A DNA stretch of 64,000 nucleotides from Desulfovibrio sp. (GTDB lineage: Bacteria; Desulfobacterota; Desulfovibrionia; Desulfovibrionales; Desulfovibrionaceae), in assembly GCA_016218665.1 (NCBI GenBank), contig JACRDI010000036.1, positions 183,414 to 247,413 on the forward strand, written 5' to 3'. Positions 1 to 9,991 of this stretch are shown one piece after another. The position numbers and the translations under genes were made by a program. The notes below the pieces were generated by a model that searched no databases, was not told the DNA's origin, and worked only from the letters and a program-made list of their open reading frames with translations. How positions within the stretch are numbered: the stretch's first letter is position 1; each line of letters starts with the position of its first letter.

Positions 1-1
1 C

Positions 2-2797
2 GCACGGGGCTACCTGCCCTCCAACATGCCGAGCAACCCCACCTACAGGAAGGTGAACCCGGCCGACGCGCCCGTCCTGATCCTTGGGCTGACCAGCGAG
101 ACCCACACCCGCGCCCAGCTTTACGACGCCGCGGCCACGGTGCTGCAGCAGAAGCTGGCCCAGGTGGGCGGCGTGGGGCAGGTGTTCGTGGGCGGCGGCA
201 GCCTTCCCGCCGTGCGCGTGGAGCTCAACCCCGCCGCCGTGGCCCAATACGGCCTGAGCCTGGAGCAGGTGCGCGGCGTGCTGGCCAAGACCAACGTGAA
301 CCGGCCCAAGGGCCAGGTGACCCATGGCGAGACGGCCTGGGAGGTGCAGACCAACGACCAGCTGAAGCCCGTGGCCGCCTCCTACGAGCCGCTTGTGCTG
401 GCCTACCGCTCCGGCGCGGCGGTGCGCCTGGCCGATGTGGCCGACGTGACCGAAGGGGTGGAGGACACCCGCGCCGCAGGCTTCGTGGACGGCAAGCCCT
501 CCGTGATGCTGGTCATCTTCCGCCAGCCCGGCGCCAACATCATCGAGACCGTGGACAGCATCCGCGCGATGCTGCCGCGGCTGGAGAGCGCCCTGCCCGG
601 CGGCATGATCCTGAAGCCCGTGGTGGACCGCAGCCCGCCCATCCGGGGCTCCCTGCACGATGTGGAGATGAGCATGCTGCTCTCCTGCGCGCTGGTCATC
701 CTGGTGGTGTTCCTGTTCCTGCGCAGCTTCCGGGCCACGGTGATTCCCGGCGTGGCCACGGTGGTGTCGCTGGTGGGCACCTTCGCCATCATTTATCTGT
801 GCGGCTACTCCCTGGACAACCTGTCCCTCATGGCGCTCACCATCGCCACCGGCTTCGTGGTGGACGACGCCATCGTGGTGCTTGAGAACATCACCCGCCA
901 CGTGGAGGCGGGCATGCAGCCCCTCAAGGCGGCCTTCCAGGGCGCGCGGGAAATCTCCTTCACCGTGGTCTCCATGAGCGTCTCCCTCGTGGCGGTGTTC
1001 CTGCCCATCCTGCTCATGGGCGGCATGGTGGGTCGGCTCTTCCGCGAGTTCGCCGTCACGCTCTCGGCGGCCATCTTCGTGTCCATGCTGCTTTCGCTCA
1101 CCACCACGCCCATGATGTGCGCCTATCTGCTGCGCCCGCCCGGGCAGGAGCGCACCGGCCGCTTCGTGCGCGCCACGGAGGGGGCCTTCCAGGCCATGCA
1201 CGCCATGTACGAGCGCACCCTGCGCGTGGCCCTCAGGCACAAGCGCATCACCCTGGCCGCGGCCGTGGGCATGCTGGCGCTCAACGTGGTGCTCTACTCC
1301 ATGGTGCCCAAGGGCTTCTTCCCCCAGCAGGACACCGGGCGGCTCTCCGGCAACATCCAGGCCGCCCAGGACGTCTCCTTCACCGTCATGGAGGAGAAGC
1401 TCAAGCAGGTGGTGGCCATCATCAAGCAGGACCAGGACGTGCAGCACGTGACCGGCTTCATCGGCGGCACGGGCGGCGGCGGCTCCTCGCCCAACACGGC
1501 GCGGATCTTCGTCACCCTGGCCCCCTTCGAGAAGCGCGGCATCAACGCCGAGCAGGTGATGATGCGCCTGCGCAAGAAGCTCTCCGGCCTGCCCGGAGCG
1601 CCCACCTACCTGCAGCTGGTGCAGGACCTGCGCGTGGGCGGGCGCGGCTCGAGCGCGCTGTACCAGTTCACCCTCCAGGCGGAGAGCGTGGGCGACCTGA
1701 ACGTGTGGGCCCCGCGCCTGCTGGCCAAGATGCGCACCCTGCCGCAGGTGGTGGACGTGAACAGCGACCAGCAGGACAAGGGCCTCATGTCGCAGCTCAC
1801 CATCGACCGCTCCACGGCCTCGCGCCTGGGCATAACCCCCAAGCGCATCGACAACATCCTCTACGACGCCTTCGGCCAGCGGCAGGTGGCCATCACCTAT
1901 TCCCCGCTGAACCAGTACCACGTGGTCATGGAGGCCTCGCCCAGGCTGCAGCTCGGGGCCGAGGGCCTGCGCTCCATCTTCGTGCCCGCAGGCGGCGGGC
2001 AGATGATCCCGCTGGAGGTGTTCACCCGGCACAGCCAGACCACCACCGCCCTGGCCGTGAACCACCAGGGCCAGTTCCCCTCGGTGACCATCTCCTTCAA
2101 CCTGGCGCCGGGCACGGCCCTCGGGCAGGCGGTCACGGCCATAGAGGCCGCCGCGCGCGACCTGGGCCTGCCGGGCAACATCCGCGGCAGCTTCCAGGGC
2201 ACGGCCCAGGCCTTCCAGGCCGCCCTGGCCAACCAGCCCCTGCTCATCCTGGCGGCGCTCATCTCCGTCTACATCGTGCTGGGCATGCTCTACGAAAGCC
2301 TGGTGCACCCGGTGACCATCCTCTCCACCCTGCCCTCGGCCGGCGTGGGCGCGGTGTTCGCCCTCATCGTCACCGGCACGGACCTCTCGGTCATCGCCAT
2401 CATCGGCATCATCCTCTTGATCGGCATCGTGAAGAAGAACGGCATCATGATGGTGGACTTCGCCATCGAGGCCGAGCGCAGGGGCGGCCTCTCGCCGGAG
2501 GAAGCCATCACCAGGGCCTGCCTGCTGCGCTTCCGGCCCATCATGATGACCACCATGGCCGCGCTTCTGGGCGCGGTGCCCCTGGCCCTGGGCACGGGCG
2601 TGGGCAGCGAGCTCAGGCGTCCGCTGGGCATCGCCATCATCGGCGGGCTGGCCTTCAGCCAGGCCATGACGCTGTACACCACGCCGGTGGTGTACCTGTA
2701 CCTGGAGCGCCTGCGCCTGTGGACCGCGCGCCGCAAGGGCAAGGCCACGGACAAGGCGCCCGGCGGCCACGCCCCGGCCACCAGCGCCGAAACCTAG
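2..2797 (+). CDS. mdtC: RND efflux permease, MdtC/AcrB family (5'-truncated by window edge)
   Basis: Frame is open upstream of the ATG at 26 (ARGYLPSNMPSNPTYRKVNPADAP). RND motifs GFVVDDAIVVLENI, GIVKKNGIMMVDFA and LRFRPIMMTT are present. Confidence 0.92.
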   Translation, partial: ARGYLPSNMPSNPTYRKVNPADAPVLILGLTSETHTRAQLYDAAATVLQQKLAQVGGVGQVFVGGGSLPAVRVELNPAAVAQYGLSLEQVRGVLAKTNVNRPKGQVTHGETAWEVQTNDQLKPVAASYEPLVLAYRSGAAVRLADVADVTEGVEDTRAAGFVDGKPSVMLVIFRQPGANIIETVDSIRAMLPRLESALPGGMILKPVVDRSPPIRGSLHDVEMSMLLSCALVILVVFLFLRSFRATVIPGVATVVSLVGTFAIIYLCGYSLDNLSLMALTIATGFVVDDAIVVLENITRHVEAGMQPLKAAFQGAREISFTVVSMSVSLVAVFLPILLMGGMVGRLFREFAVTLSAAIFVSMLLSLTTTPMMCAYLLRPPGQERTGRFVRATEGAFQAMHAMYERTLRVALRHKRITLAAAVGMLALNVVLYSMVPKGFFPQQDTGRLSGNIQAAQDVSFTVMEEKLKQVVAIIKQDQDVQHVTGFIGGTGGGGSSPNTARIFVTLAPFEKRGINAEQVMMRLRKKLSGLPGAPTYLQLVQDLRVGGRGSSALYQFTLQAESVGDLNVWAPRLLAKMRTLPQVVDVNSDQQDKGLMSQLTIDRSTASRLGITPKRIDNILYDAFGQRQVAITYSPLNQYHVVMEASPRLQLGAEGLRSIFVPAGGGQMIPLEVFTRHSQTTTALAVNHQGQFPSVTISFNLAPGTALGQAVTAIEAAARDLGLPGNIRGSFQGTAQAFQAALANQPLLILAALISVYIVLGMLYESLVHPVTILSTLPSAGVGAVFALIVTGTDLSVIAIIGIILLIGIVKKNGIMMVDFAIEAERRGGLSPEEAITRACLLRFRPIMMTTMAALLGAVPLALGTGVGSELRRPLGIAIIGGLAFSQAMTLYTTPVVYLYLERLRLWTARRKGKATDKAPGGHAPATSAET

Positions 2798-2897
2798 CCC
2801 CGCCACGCACTTTTCACGCCGCCGTCACCTTGCCGTGCCGCGCCTCTGGCAGCATGGCCCCAAGTCATGCCATGATGCACAAAACGGAGGTGGCCCC

Positions 2898-4544
2898 ATG
2901 AGCGACGACACGCGCGACGACACGCGCGACCACACGCGCGGCGATACGCCCGGCACGAAAAACGGCGGCCAGGGCGGAGCGGGACTGAGCAGACGCGAAC
3001 TGATGAAATGGCTGGGGGCCGGGGCCATCGCGGCCCTGCTGCCCGGAGAATTCGCAGCCGCCGGGAAGGACTCCCCGCCCCCGGCGCTGGGCCAGGCCGC
3101 CTTCGGACGCGCGGCCGGGCCGGGCCTCATCTTCGTGGTGGGCGACGGCATGCCGCTCGGCGTCATCCGCGCCATGCACGAGGTGCGCACCCGGGTCCTC
3201 GGCCGGGCGGACTCCAGCCTCAACGCCCGCCTGCGCGACCCCAAGTCCAGCGTGGGCCTCATGGCCACGGCCAGCCTGTCGAGCATCGTCACCGACTCCG
3301 CCCCGGCCAGCGCCGCCTGGGCCACGGGCGTCAAGACCGTCAACCACATGCTCTCCACCCTGCCCGACGGCCGCCCCCTCACCACCATCTTCGAGCTGGC
3401 GAAACCGCGCGGCATCGCCACCGGGCTCGTCACCACCACCCGCGTCACCCACGCAACGCCGGCGGCCTGGGTCTCGCACCAGGCCGACCGCGACAACGAG
3501 GAAGCCATCGCCCTGGACATGCTGGCCTTCCGGCCGGATGTGCTGATGGGCGGCGGGCGCAGGCACTTCGACCCCAAAAAGCGCGCGGACGGCCGCGACC
3601 TGCTGGCCGAATTCGCGGCCACCGGCGCGGACGCGGTGTCCGACCGGGCGGGCCTGCTGGCCGCGCCCGCCTCCGCCCGGCCGCTGGTGGGGCTTTTCGC
3701 GGGGTCGCACCTGGCCTACTGCGTGGACCGGCTGAACGACCCGGCCCTGGCCGCGCAGCCCTCCCTGCCGGAGATGACGGCCGCGGCGCTCAAGCGCCTG
3801 GCCAAGAATCGCGGCGGCTTCCTGCTCCAGGTGGAGGCCGGACGCATCGACCACGCCAGCCATTCCAACGACGCCTGGTCGGCCATCATGGACGCCATCG
3901 AACTGGACGAGACCCTGGGCGTCATCGACGCCTTCCTGGCGGCCAACCCGCAAACCCTCGTCATCGTCACCAGCGACCACGGCAACTCCGGCTGGGGCGT
4001 CAACGGCACCGGGCCGGAGTACAACGACGCCACCGCCGCGCTCATGAGCTACCGCGCAGGCACCTGCTCCTTCGAGGCGGCCATCGCGCGCATGAAGGGC
4101 AGGAACGCGGCCGAGGTGCGGGACATCCTGGAGGGCATGTCCGGCTTCTCCATCACCCCGGCCGAGGCCGACATGGTGGTTGCGGCCATGCAGCCCGGCT
4201 ACCAGAGCTACCCCGGCGACTACGTGTACCAGCCCGACGCCACCATCGGCAAAATACTGGCCCACAGCGCCTACCCCAAGAAGGGCGCGCCCACGGTGCG
4301 CCGGGGCAACGTGGGCTTCACCTCCTGCAACCACACGGCCGAGGACCAGCTGCTCCTGGCCTACGGCCACAGGGCCAAGGAGCAGGGCCTGGACCGCCTG
4401 GTGGACAACACCGCCCTGTTCGGGACCATGTGCCGGTTCTTCGGCCTGCGCCACACGAATCCGTCCATGCGGCCCGAGGAGGCCCGCCGCTTCCTTCTGT
4501 CCCAGGCGCGCAGCGCGGACTCCATGCGGCTGCACATCGCCTAG
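2898..4544 (+). CDS. Alkaline phosphatase (PhoA-like) with twin-arginine signal peptide
   Basis: GGAGG RBS before ATG 2898; Tat motif SRRELMK; motifs VGDGM, TDSAPASAA, THATPA, EAGRIDHASH, TSDHG. Confidence 0.9.
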   Translation: MSDDTRDDTRDHTRGDTPGTKNGGQGGAGLSRRELMKWLGAGAIAALLPGEFAAAGKDSPPPALGQAAFGRAAGPGLIFVVGDGMPLGVIRAMHEVRTRVLGRADSSLNARLRDPKSSVGLMATASLSSIVTDSAPASAAWATGVKTVNHMLSTLPDGRPLTTIFELAKPRGIATGLVTTTRVTHATPAAWVSHQADRDNEEAIALDMLAFRPDVLMGGGRRHFDPKKRADGRDLLAEFAATGADAVSDRAGLLAAPASARPLVGLFAGSHLAYCVDRLNDPALAAQPSLPEMTAAALKRLAKNRGGFLLQVEAGRIDHASHSNDAWSAIMDAIELDETLGVIDAFLAANPQTLVIVTSDHGNSGWGVNGTGPEYNDATAALMSYRAGTCSFEAAIARMKGRNAAEVRDILEGMSGFSITPAEADMVVAAMQPGYQSYPGDYVYQPDATIGKILAHSAYPKKGAPTVRRGNVGFTSCNHTAEDQLLLAYGHRAKEQGLDRLVDNTALFGTMCRFFGLRHTNPSMRPEEARRFLLSQARSADSMRLHIA

Positions 4545-4572
4545 ACGCTCCGGCGAACGGCCCCGATCCGGA

Positions 4573-4624
4573 GGGCCGCGCGGGCCGCCTTTCCTCCAGA
4601 GAGGTCCGCGCGGCCCCATATTTT
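4573..4624 (+). terminator. Stem-loop / probable intrinsic terminator after the phosphatase
   Basis: GGGCCGCGCGGGCC...GGTCCGCGCGGCCC followed by ATATTTT. Confidence 0.5.
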
Positions 4625-4666
4625 CCGCGCCGCAAGCCCGCCGAACAATCTTCTGCCGCAAAAACC

Positions 4667-4695
4667 TTGACAGGGAGTTGCCCTTTCGCTAGACA
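4667..4695 (+). promoter_or_regulatory. Sigma-70 promoter of tRNA-Ala
   Basis: TTGACA-17 bp-TAGACA just upstream of the tRNA. Confidence 0.65.
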
Positions 4696-4712
4696 AGCCT
4701 TCCCAACGATGT

Positions 4713-4788
<76 letters not shown>

Positions 4789-4797
4789 CCGAAAGAA

Positions 4798-4831
4798 CAA
4801 GGGCTTGCGATTCGCGTCGCAAGCCCTTTTT
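4798..4831 (+). terminator. Intrinsic terminator of tRNA-Ala
   Basis: AAGGGCTTGCGA-TTCGCG-TCGCAAGCCCTT followed by a T run. Confidence 0.8.
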
Positions 4832-4895
4832 CGTTGCCGCGCCACATCGCTGCATTACATTTTGCGGGCGGGGTGGAATGGCCGAGAGCAACCGC

Positions 4896-4982
4896 GCGCG
4901 CGATTCGGCACTGATCGGTGTGAGCGCGCACGGAACATGAGAATCTGTTGCAGTAAACCAGCGCGCGATTCGGCACTGATCG
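4896..4982 (+). repeat. Two copies of GCGCGCGATTCGGCACTGATCG (IS21-like end sub-repeats)
   Basis: Exact 22-bp direct repeat at 4896-4917 and 4961-4982; related to the reverse complement of 55054-55082. Confidence 0.7.
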
Positions 4983-5220
4983 CCCCAGGCAACCACGCTT
5001 TCAAGCTGCGAATCCCAGTCACCCGATTTGAGAACGCGTGAGAGGTGTTGCGCTGCCTCCACGCGTTTCCCCCCTCCCTTCCCCAAACCCTGTCAACCCG
5101 TCATTTTTGTCCTTTAACCGGACAAAACCATTCCTTTTTTGCCTGGCCCAGAAACCCCATGTCATGCTTGCGCAATTTGTGCCGGGCATCTTGCTTGGCG
5201 CGCAAACGCCAGGAACCTCT

Positions 5221-6456
5221 ATGCCCTCCCCATTTCTTTCATTGCGGCGCGATGCCCAAAACCCCCGAAGGGGCCGCATCGCCGAACGCATCCTGAACCT
5301 CGGCGGCGAAGCCGAAACCCGACGCTACACCTATGACTCGGCAGGCCGCCTGGCCCGCGTCACCGACGGCGCGAACTGCCTGCTGGAGTCCTACCAGTAC
5401 GACCGCGACGGACGACGCCTCGCCGACATCAACCCGCAGCGCTTCCGCGGCGAGCGGCGCTTCACCTACAGCCTGGGCGACCGGCTGGGCCAGGCGGGCC
5501 GCGTCCAGTACGGCCACGACAAGGCGGGCTTCCGCAACCTGAAGATTGAGGGGGGCCGCAAGACGCTATACCACTACGAGCCCTCGGGCCTGTTGCTGGC
5601 GGTCGATCTGCCGGACGACAGACGCATTGACTACGCCTACGACGCCAAGGGCCAGCGCACGGAAAAACGTGTGAACGGGCGGGTCGTCGAGGCTTACCAG
5701 TGGCTCGATCCGCTGCGGCTGGAGGAGTTCTTCGACGGCCAGCGCTGGTGGCGGCTGGCGTACCTTGAGGACCGGACGGCGGTGGGCGTCACCGACGGCG
5801 AGGTGTCGTATCTTTTCGCCACAGACCAGCTCGGCACGCCGGTCGCCCTTGCCGACCTTGACGGAAACATTGTACAGACGATGCGGTACGACGCCTTCGG
5901 GAATCTGCTGGCGACGCGCGGGTCAGCCCTGCGCCTGCCCATCGGCTTCGCGGGCGGACTCTTTGACGCCGACACCGGCCTGACGCGCGCCCATTCTATT
6001 ACAGGTTGGCGCGACTACGACGCCGACACCGGCCGCTTCACGGCGCTCGACCCCGTGGGCGCCAAGGGCGGCGACAAGGACTGGTACGGCTATTGCGTGG
6101 ACGCCCCGGTGAACCGGGTGGACGCGTGGGGGCTGGAGGATTCGTGGTGGGACGGCTCGGGGGGCAAGATTGTCAAAAGCGGATTGATCGGGGCTGGCAC
6201 AGGCGCATATTCAGGTTTCCAGTGGGGAACGCCTCTCGGCGTACCTTGGGCTGGTGCGGCAGCTGGTGCAGTCATTGGTTCAGGTACCGGTATGCTGAAG
6301 CAGACGATTTTGGAGTATCCCCTAGTCGGAGAGCGGCTTGAGGATCTGAAAGAACAGGCCCAACAAAAAGCGACAGAAATATGGAACGAAATCCCGGAGT
6401 CAGCCAGAAACGCATTGGAATCTATGCGGTCGCTGGAAGATTATTCCACGGAATAG
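5221..6456 (+). CDS. Short Rhs (YD-repeat) protein with glycine-rich hydrophobic C-terminal extension
   Basis: YD repeats (YTYDSAGRL, YQYDRDGRR, YAYDAKGQR) and core motifs DQLGTP, YDAFG, PVNRVDAWGL; GC drops after the core. Confidence 0.88.
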   Translation: MPSPFLSLRRDAQNPRRGRIAERILNLGGEAETRRYTYDSAGRLARVTDGANCLLESYQYDRDGRRLADINPQRFRGERRFTYSLGDRLGQAGRVQYGHDKAGFRNLKIEGGRKTLYHYEPSGLLLAVDLPDDRRIDYAYDAKGQRTEKRVNGRVVEAYQWLDPLRLEEFFDGQRWWRLAYLEDRTAVGVTDGEVSYLFATDQLGTPVALADLDGNIVQTMRYDAFGNLLATRGSALRLPIGFAGGLFDADTGLTRAHSITGWRDYDADTGRFTALDPVGAKGGDKDWYGYCVDAPVNRVDAWGLEDSWWDGSGGKIVKSGLIGAGTGAYSGFQWGTPLGVPWAGAAAGAVIGSGTGMLKQTILEYPLVGERLEDLKEQAQQKATEIWNEIPESARNALESMRSLEDYSTE

Positions 6457-6475
6457 CCCGCGCCTACGCGAAAGG

Positions 6476-6739
6476 ATGGCGATGAAGCGTACCTGTGCGC
6501 GGTGTGGCAGCGAAATGCCATTTTTCAGCACGAAAGAGATTGTCAGGCTGACGGGGCGGTTCGCCTGGGCGAGCACCATCGTTTTTGTAGTCTCGCTCCT
6601 CTTCTCTGGCACCCTCTGGTTTGTTATTCCCGCGACGCTCGTGGCGGTCGCCTGGGCTGAGCGCAGATCCCGCGCAAAAAGCGCCAATCTGTGCCGGAAG
6701 TGTTGCGAGCAGGAACAAGTCAACAACAACATGAATTGA
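6476..6739 (+). CDS. Small membrane protein with CxxC...CxxCC; putative Rhs immunity protein
   Basis: Directly downstream of the Rhs gene with similar lower GC; two hydrophobic segments flanked by Cys pairs. Confidence 0.6.
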   Translation: MAMKRTCARCGSEMPFFSTKEIVRLTGRFAWASTIVFVVSLLFSGTLWFVIPATLVAVAWAERRSRAKSANLCRKCCEQEQVNNNMN

Positions 6740-6923
6740 GCGACAAGGCAGTGAAGACCGTCACTGGTCGCTGCCTTCAAAAAAGTGCCGCACTGGCCCC
6801 TGCCTTAGTTGTCCCCGTCCTTACGCGCTTTTTGGGAACATCCCACTGCCCAGATGACGGGGCTTGCCTCCGCAAAGGCAAGCCCCGTCATCGTTGACGT
6901 GTCAAATCCTCACGCCGCCCTGT

Positions 6924-6989
6924 TTGAATGGCATTCAAAAGGCCGTGGGTTCAATTCCCTCCAGCTCCACCACCGAAAGAACAAGGGCT
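6924..6989 (+). repeat. Duplicated 3' half of tRNA-Ala (att-like site) followed by a second terminator
   Basis: TTGAATGGCATTCAAAAGGCCGTGGGTTCAATTCCCTCCAGCTCCACCACCGAAAGAACAAGGGCT; lacks the 5' acceptor strand and D arm. Confidence 0.9.
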
Positions 6990-7056
6990 CGCGAAATGAT
7001 CGCGGGCCCTTTTTCGTTGCCGTGAGCACGCACGGAAAAGGAGAATCCGGTGCCGC

Positions 7057-8109
7057 TTAGGGCCTGTTCACGCAGCTCATGGGCGCAGCGCCAAATCCCC
7101 AAACGACCTGAACATCCCCTTCACGCTGCAGCAGGCGTTCATTGCGGCCGACGAAAAGCGCGCCGTCCGGCTCCTGGAACATGAGCGAAACCTGATCCCC
7201 GCGCTCGGCCACGAGGGTGCGCGGCGTTGTCGCGTAGTAGGTCACGACCACCTCGTTGCGCGGATCGCCCTCGCAGATCATGCGGTGCGGACCGTCGCCG
7301 GGCACAAGGCGGTACCGGGCCTGCAACTCGGCGATGCGCCGCACATAGGCATTCTGCACGCAGAGGCGCAAGTCGGCCTCCTTCCAGCAGTCGTGCCTGC
7401 CCCTGGCCCACCCCCGCTGCTCGGCCTTGAGCAGCGGCGGCCGCTCGTTGCCCGCCTTGGCCAGGGCGGCCTTGTACACGCCGGCCAGCTGCCGGTCCAA
7501 GGCGGCCAGTTCCGGGTCGGTGCAGACCAGCCCTTCCGGGGTTCCGATCTCCACCGTGCTGCAGTCAAAGGCCGGGGCCTGGGCCTTCGCAGGCATCGGA
7601 ACCCGGAAGACCAGACCATCCACAAGGCGGCACCAGGCCGGGCTGCCGCGCTTCGGGACTCCCCTCTTGCCGCGAAGGCCGAGCTTTTTCTCCACCACAA
7701 AGCGCCACTCGTCGGAGCCCACGTCCGGCCCGTGGCCGGCGCCGTCGCCAGTGCCCAGGCGGGCTTCAACGCGCTGGTTCCAGGCCATGGAGCAGGGACC
7801 TTCGGGGGCTATGTCAACCGCCTGCGCCGCGGGCACGCACACGCCATGCGCCCCGTCATCGGTCGTGTACGTGAGCCTGGCGCCGCCCGGCTCAGCGGTG
7901 ATGGACACGGTGACACCCCGGCCTTGCGCCTCCCAGTAGTTCTCGGCGAACTGCCTGAGGCGGGCCACCTTGCCATTGATGCGCACCTGGCCGCCAGCCT
8001 CGGCCTGAACGCGCAGGCCGCCGGGGCAGCTGTGGTCCAGGGCGGGAACCTCCGCCCGTGCGGTGGTGGCAAGGAGGAGAAGTATGAAAGTCAGCGCTGT
8101 CCGCTTCAC
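7057..8109 (-). CDS. Secreted protein with LprI (DUF1311)-like and C-terminal MliC-like lysozyme-inhibitor domains
   Basis: GGGAGG RBS then GTG; signal peptide ending TARA; PAFDC...C..PELAALD...LKAEQRGW..R..C......C...Y..RIAEL pattern. Confidence 0.75.
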   Translation of the reverse strand: MKRTALTFILLLLATTARAEVPALDHSCPGGLRVQAEAGGQVRINGKVARLRQFAENYWEAQGRGVTVSITAEPGGARLTYTTDDGAHGVCVPAAQAVDIAPEGPCSMAWNQRVEARLGTGDGAGHGPDVGSDEWRFVVEKKLGLRGKRGVPKRGSPAWCRLVDGLVFRVPMPAKAQAPAFDCSTVEIGTPEGLVCTDPELAALDRQLAGVYKAALAKAGNERPPLLKAEQRGWARGRHDCWKEADLRLCVQNAYVRRIAELQARYRLVPGDGPHRMICEGDPRNEVVVTYYATTPRTLVAERGDQVSLMFQEPDGALFVGRNERLLQREGDVQVVWGFGAAPMSCVNRP

Positions 8110-8269
8110 GCATGCCTCCCGACTGCGGGCCAGGCGGCCCGGGCTAAAGGAACCAGAAGGCCAGGGGCCGCGTCGATGGTCGGCGGCGTGGTCTTGAAAC
8201 GCCCTTCGGGGCAATGTGCCGTTGTTGGCCTGCCCCCGCTGACGACAGCACCTACCAGCAAGCGGAGGC

Positions 8270-8582
8270 GGCCGGCAAGGGCGGGGATGGGCCGGCGCGC
8301 CCCGCGGAAGCCGTCTCCTTCTGGGACTTCATCAAGGCCGTGGAGGGCTCCTCGGCCTTTTTCCAGTGCGCGGAGATCCGCAAGAAGAACACCTTCGTGG
8401 CCAACCCGTCCGTGTTCACGGACAAGTGCCCCCCCTTCATCAAGGTGGTGCTGCAGGAGGCCGAGAACCTCCTGCGCGCCAGCCTGCGCGCCAAGTCCCT
8501 GCGCTGGCTGCACGAGCAGGTGTGCCGCGGCTTCCCGGACCGGAAGAAGCAGGCCATCGCCCAGTGGGGCAAGGGGCTCTGA
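8270..8582 (+). pseudogene. C-terminal fragment of an Rrf2-family regulator
   Basis: ARPAEAVSFWDFIKAVEG...FQCAEIR resembles the Rrf2 C-terminal half; the N-terminal wHTH and a credible start are missing. Confidence 0.55.
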
Positions 8583-8647
8583 GCGCCCTCCCCCGGCTGT
8601 GGCGGCAAAGGGTCCGCGAGGCGTCCCGCGGACCCTTTTCGTGCGCG

Positions 8648-9451
8648 CTACTCGGTCCCCTTGAGCAGTTCCATGGCCTCGTCCACGTCCACATTTTCGT
8701 GCACCACCTTGGCCAGGGCGCGGGTCAGCAGGTCCGGCCGCTTGTGCTGGAAGATGTTGCGCCCCACCGAAAGCCCGGCCCCGCCGGCGCGCAGGCAGTC
8801 GCGCACCATGACCAGGAAGTCGCGCGTGCTTTCCAGCTTGGGCCCCCCGGCGATGACCACGGGCACGCAGCAGGCGTCCGTCACGCGGCAGAAGCTGTCC
8901 GGGTCGCCGGTGTAGGGCACCTTGACCACGTCGGCCCCGAGCTCCACGCCCACGCGGGCGCAGTGGGCCACGATGTCCGGGTCGTACTCGTTGGCCACCT
9001 TGGGTCCGCGCGCATAGACCATGGCCAGCACCGGCATGCCCCAGCTCTGGGCCGATTCCGTCACCCGGCCGAACTCCTCCAGCATCTTGGCCTCGCTCTC
9101 GTCGCCCAGGTTCACGTGCACGCTCACGGCGTCGGCCCCAAGGCGGATGGCCTCCTCCACGGAGCAGACCAGGGTCTTGGCGTTTGGCAGCGGGGAAAGC
9201 GACGTGCTGGCCGAGAGGTGCACGATGAGGCCCACGTCCTGCCCCTGGGTGCGGTGGCAGCAGCGGGGCACGCCCTTGTGCATGAGCACGGCGTTGGCCC
9301 CGCCCTCCACCACGGACTGCACGGCCTGGCGCATGTTCACGATGCCCGGCAGCGGGCCCACGGTGGTGCCGTGGTCCATGGGCACCACGATGGTGCGGCG
9401 GGTGTTGCGGTTGATGATGCGTTCCAGCCGGATGGCTTTGCCGAGATGCAT
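8648..9451 (-). CDS. 2-amino-3,7-dideoxy-D-threo-hept-6-ulosonate (ADH) synthase, DhnA-type class I aldolase (aroA')
   Basis: [41 protein letters not shown] (Schiff-base Lys), SVGRNIFQ. Confidence 0.85.
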   Translation of the reverse strand: MHLGKAIRLERIINRNTRRTIVVPMDHGTTVGPLPGIVNMRQAVQSVVEGGANAVLMHKGVPRCCHRTQGQDVGLIVHLSASTSLSPLPNAKTLVCSVEEAIRLGADAVSVHVNLGDESEAKMLEEFGRVTESAQSWGMPVLAMVYARGPKVANEYDPDIVAHCARVGVELGADVVKVPYTGDPDSFCRVTDACCVPVVIAGGPKLESTRDFLVMVRDCLRAGGAGLSVGRNIFQHKRPDLLTRALAKVVHENVDVDEAMELLKGTE

Positions 9452-9515
9452 GGGCGACCTCCTGGGTCCGGTTGCGCCCCCCGGGAAGGCCCGCGCCCCG
9501 CGCCAGCCGGGGCCT

Positions 9516-9559
9516 GAAAATGAAGGAAGGGCCGCCGGCGTGACGCCCGCGGCCCTTCC
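9516..9559 (-). terminator. Attenuator terminator hairpin upstream of ADH synthase
   Basis: Minus strand GGAAGGGCCGC-GGGCGTCACGCCG-GCGGCCCTTCC followed by TTCATTTTC. Confidence 0.75.
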
Positions 9560-9582
9560 GAAGAGGCTTGGTTGGTTTCAGC

Positions 9583-9675
9583 TCAACACACCCCTCCGCG
9601 GCCGCAGGCGCGGCTAAACCCAAAAAACACGCTGGCAAAAAAGAAGACGGTGCTTTGGGTGGCGCAGAGGTTCAT
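9583..9675 (-). CDS. Phe-rich leader peptide (30 aa), MNLCATQSTVFFFASVFFGFSRACGRGGVC
   Basis: Six Phe codons within 10 codons, between a TTGACA promoter and the terminator; too short for the ORF track. Confidence 0.78.
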   Translation of the reverse strand: MNLCATQSTVFFFASVFFGFSRACGRGGVC

Positions 9676-9683
9676 GAGCGGGT

Positions 9684-9712
9684 ACTTAACCGCATCCCCC
9701 GGCCCTTGTCAA
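9684..9712 (-). promoter_or_regulatory. Sigma-70 promoter for the leader peptide/aroA'
   Basis: TTGACA-17 bp-TTAAGT, ending 8 nt before the leader ATG. Confidence 0.55.
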
Positions 9713-9991
9713 CGCGGCGGATTCCCTGGCTTCCGTGGCCTTTCTCTCCATCGGCGATGCCAAATGGCGCGGAAAAAGGCGCGGCGCACGGCCACACCAG
9801 GAGGAAAAAGCCGCGCGCGACGCCGCCGCAAACCGTTGTGGTCAAATGCGACATGCGTTATTGACGCTCCTCCGCCATGGTGAAACCAGGACCGTCCCGC
9901 CACGCGCCAACGCTGCGGGCTCCTGGCGGCATGGCGCGGCATGGCGCGGCGCCTAACGTCGTCGGCGCACACGGACGGAGGAAAACACTTC

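Noticed and set aside
2904-2951. 12-bp repeat encoding DDTR/DHTR in the phosphatase N-terminus
   Set aside because: Simple in-frame VNTR in the n-region of a Tat signal; no sign of further function.
6924-6972. Apparent second tRNA-Ala
   Set aside because: The 5' half is missing; it is the att-like repeat.
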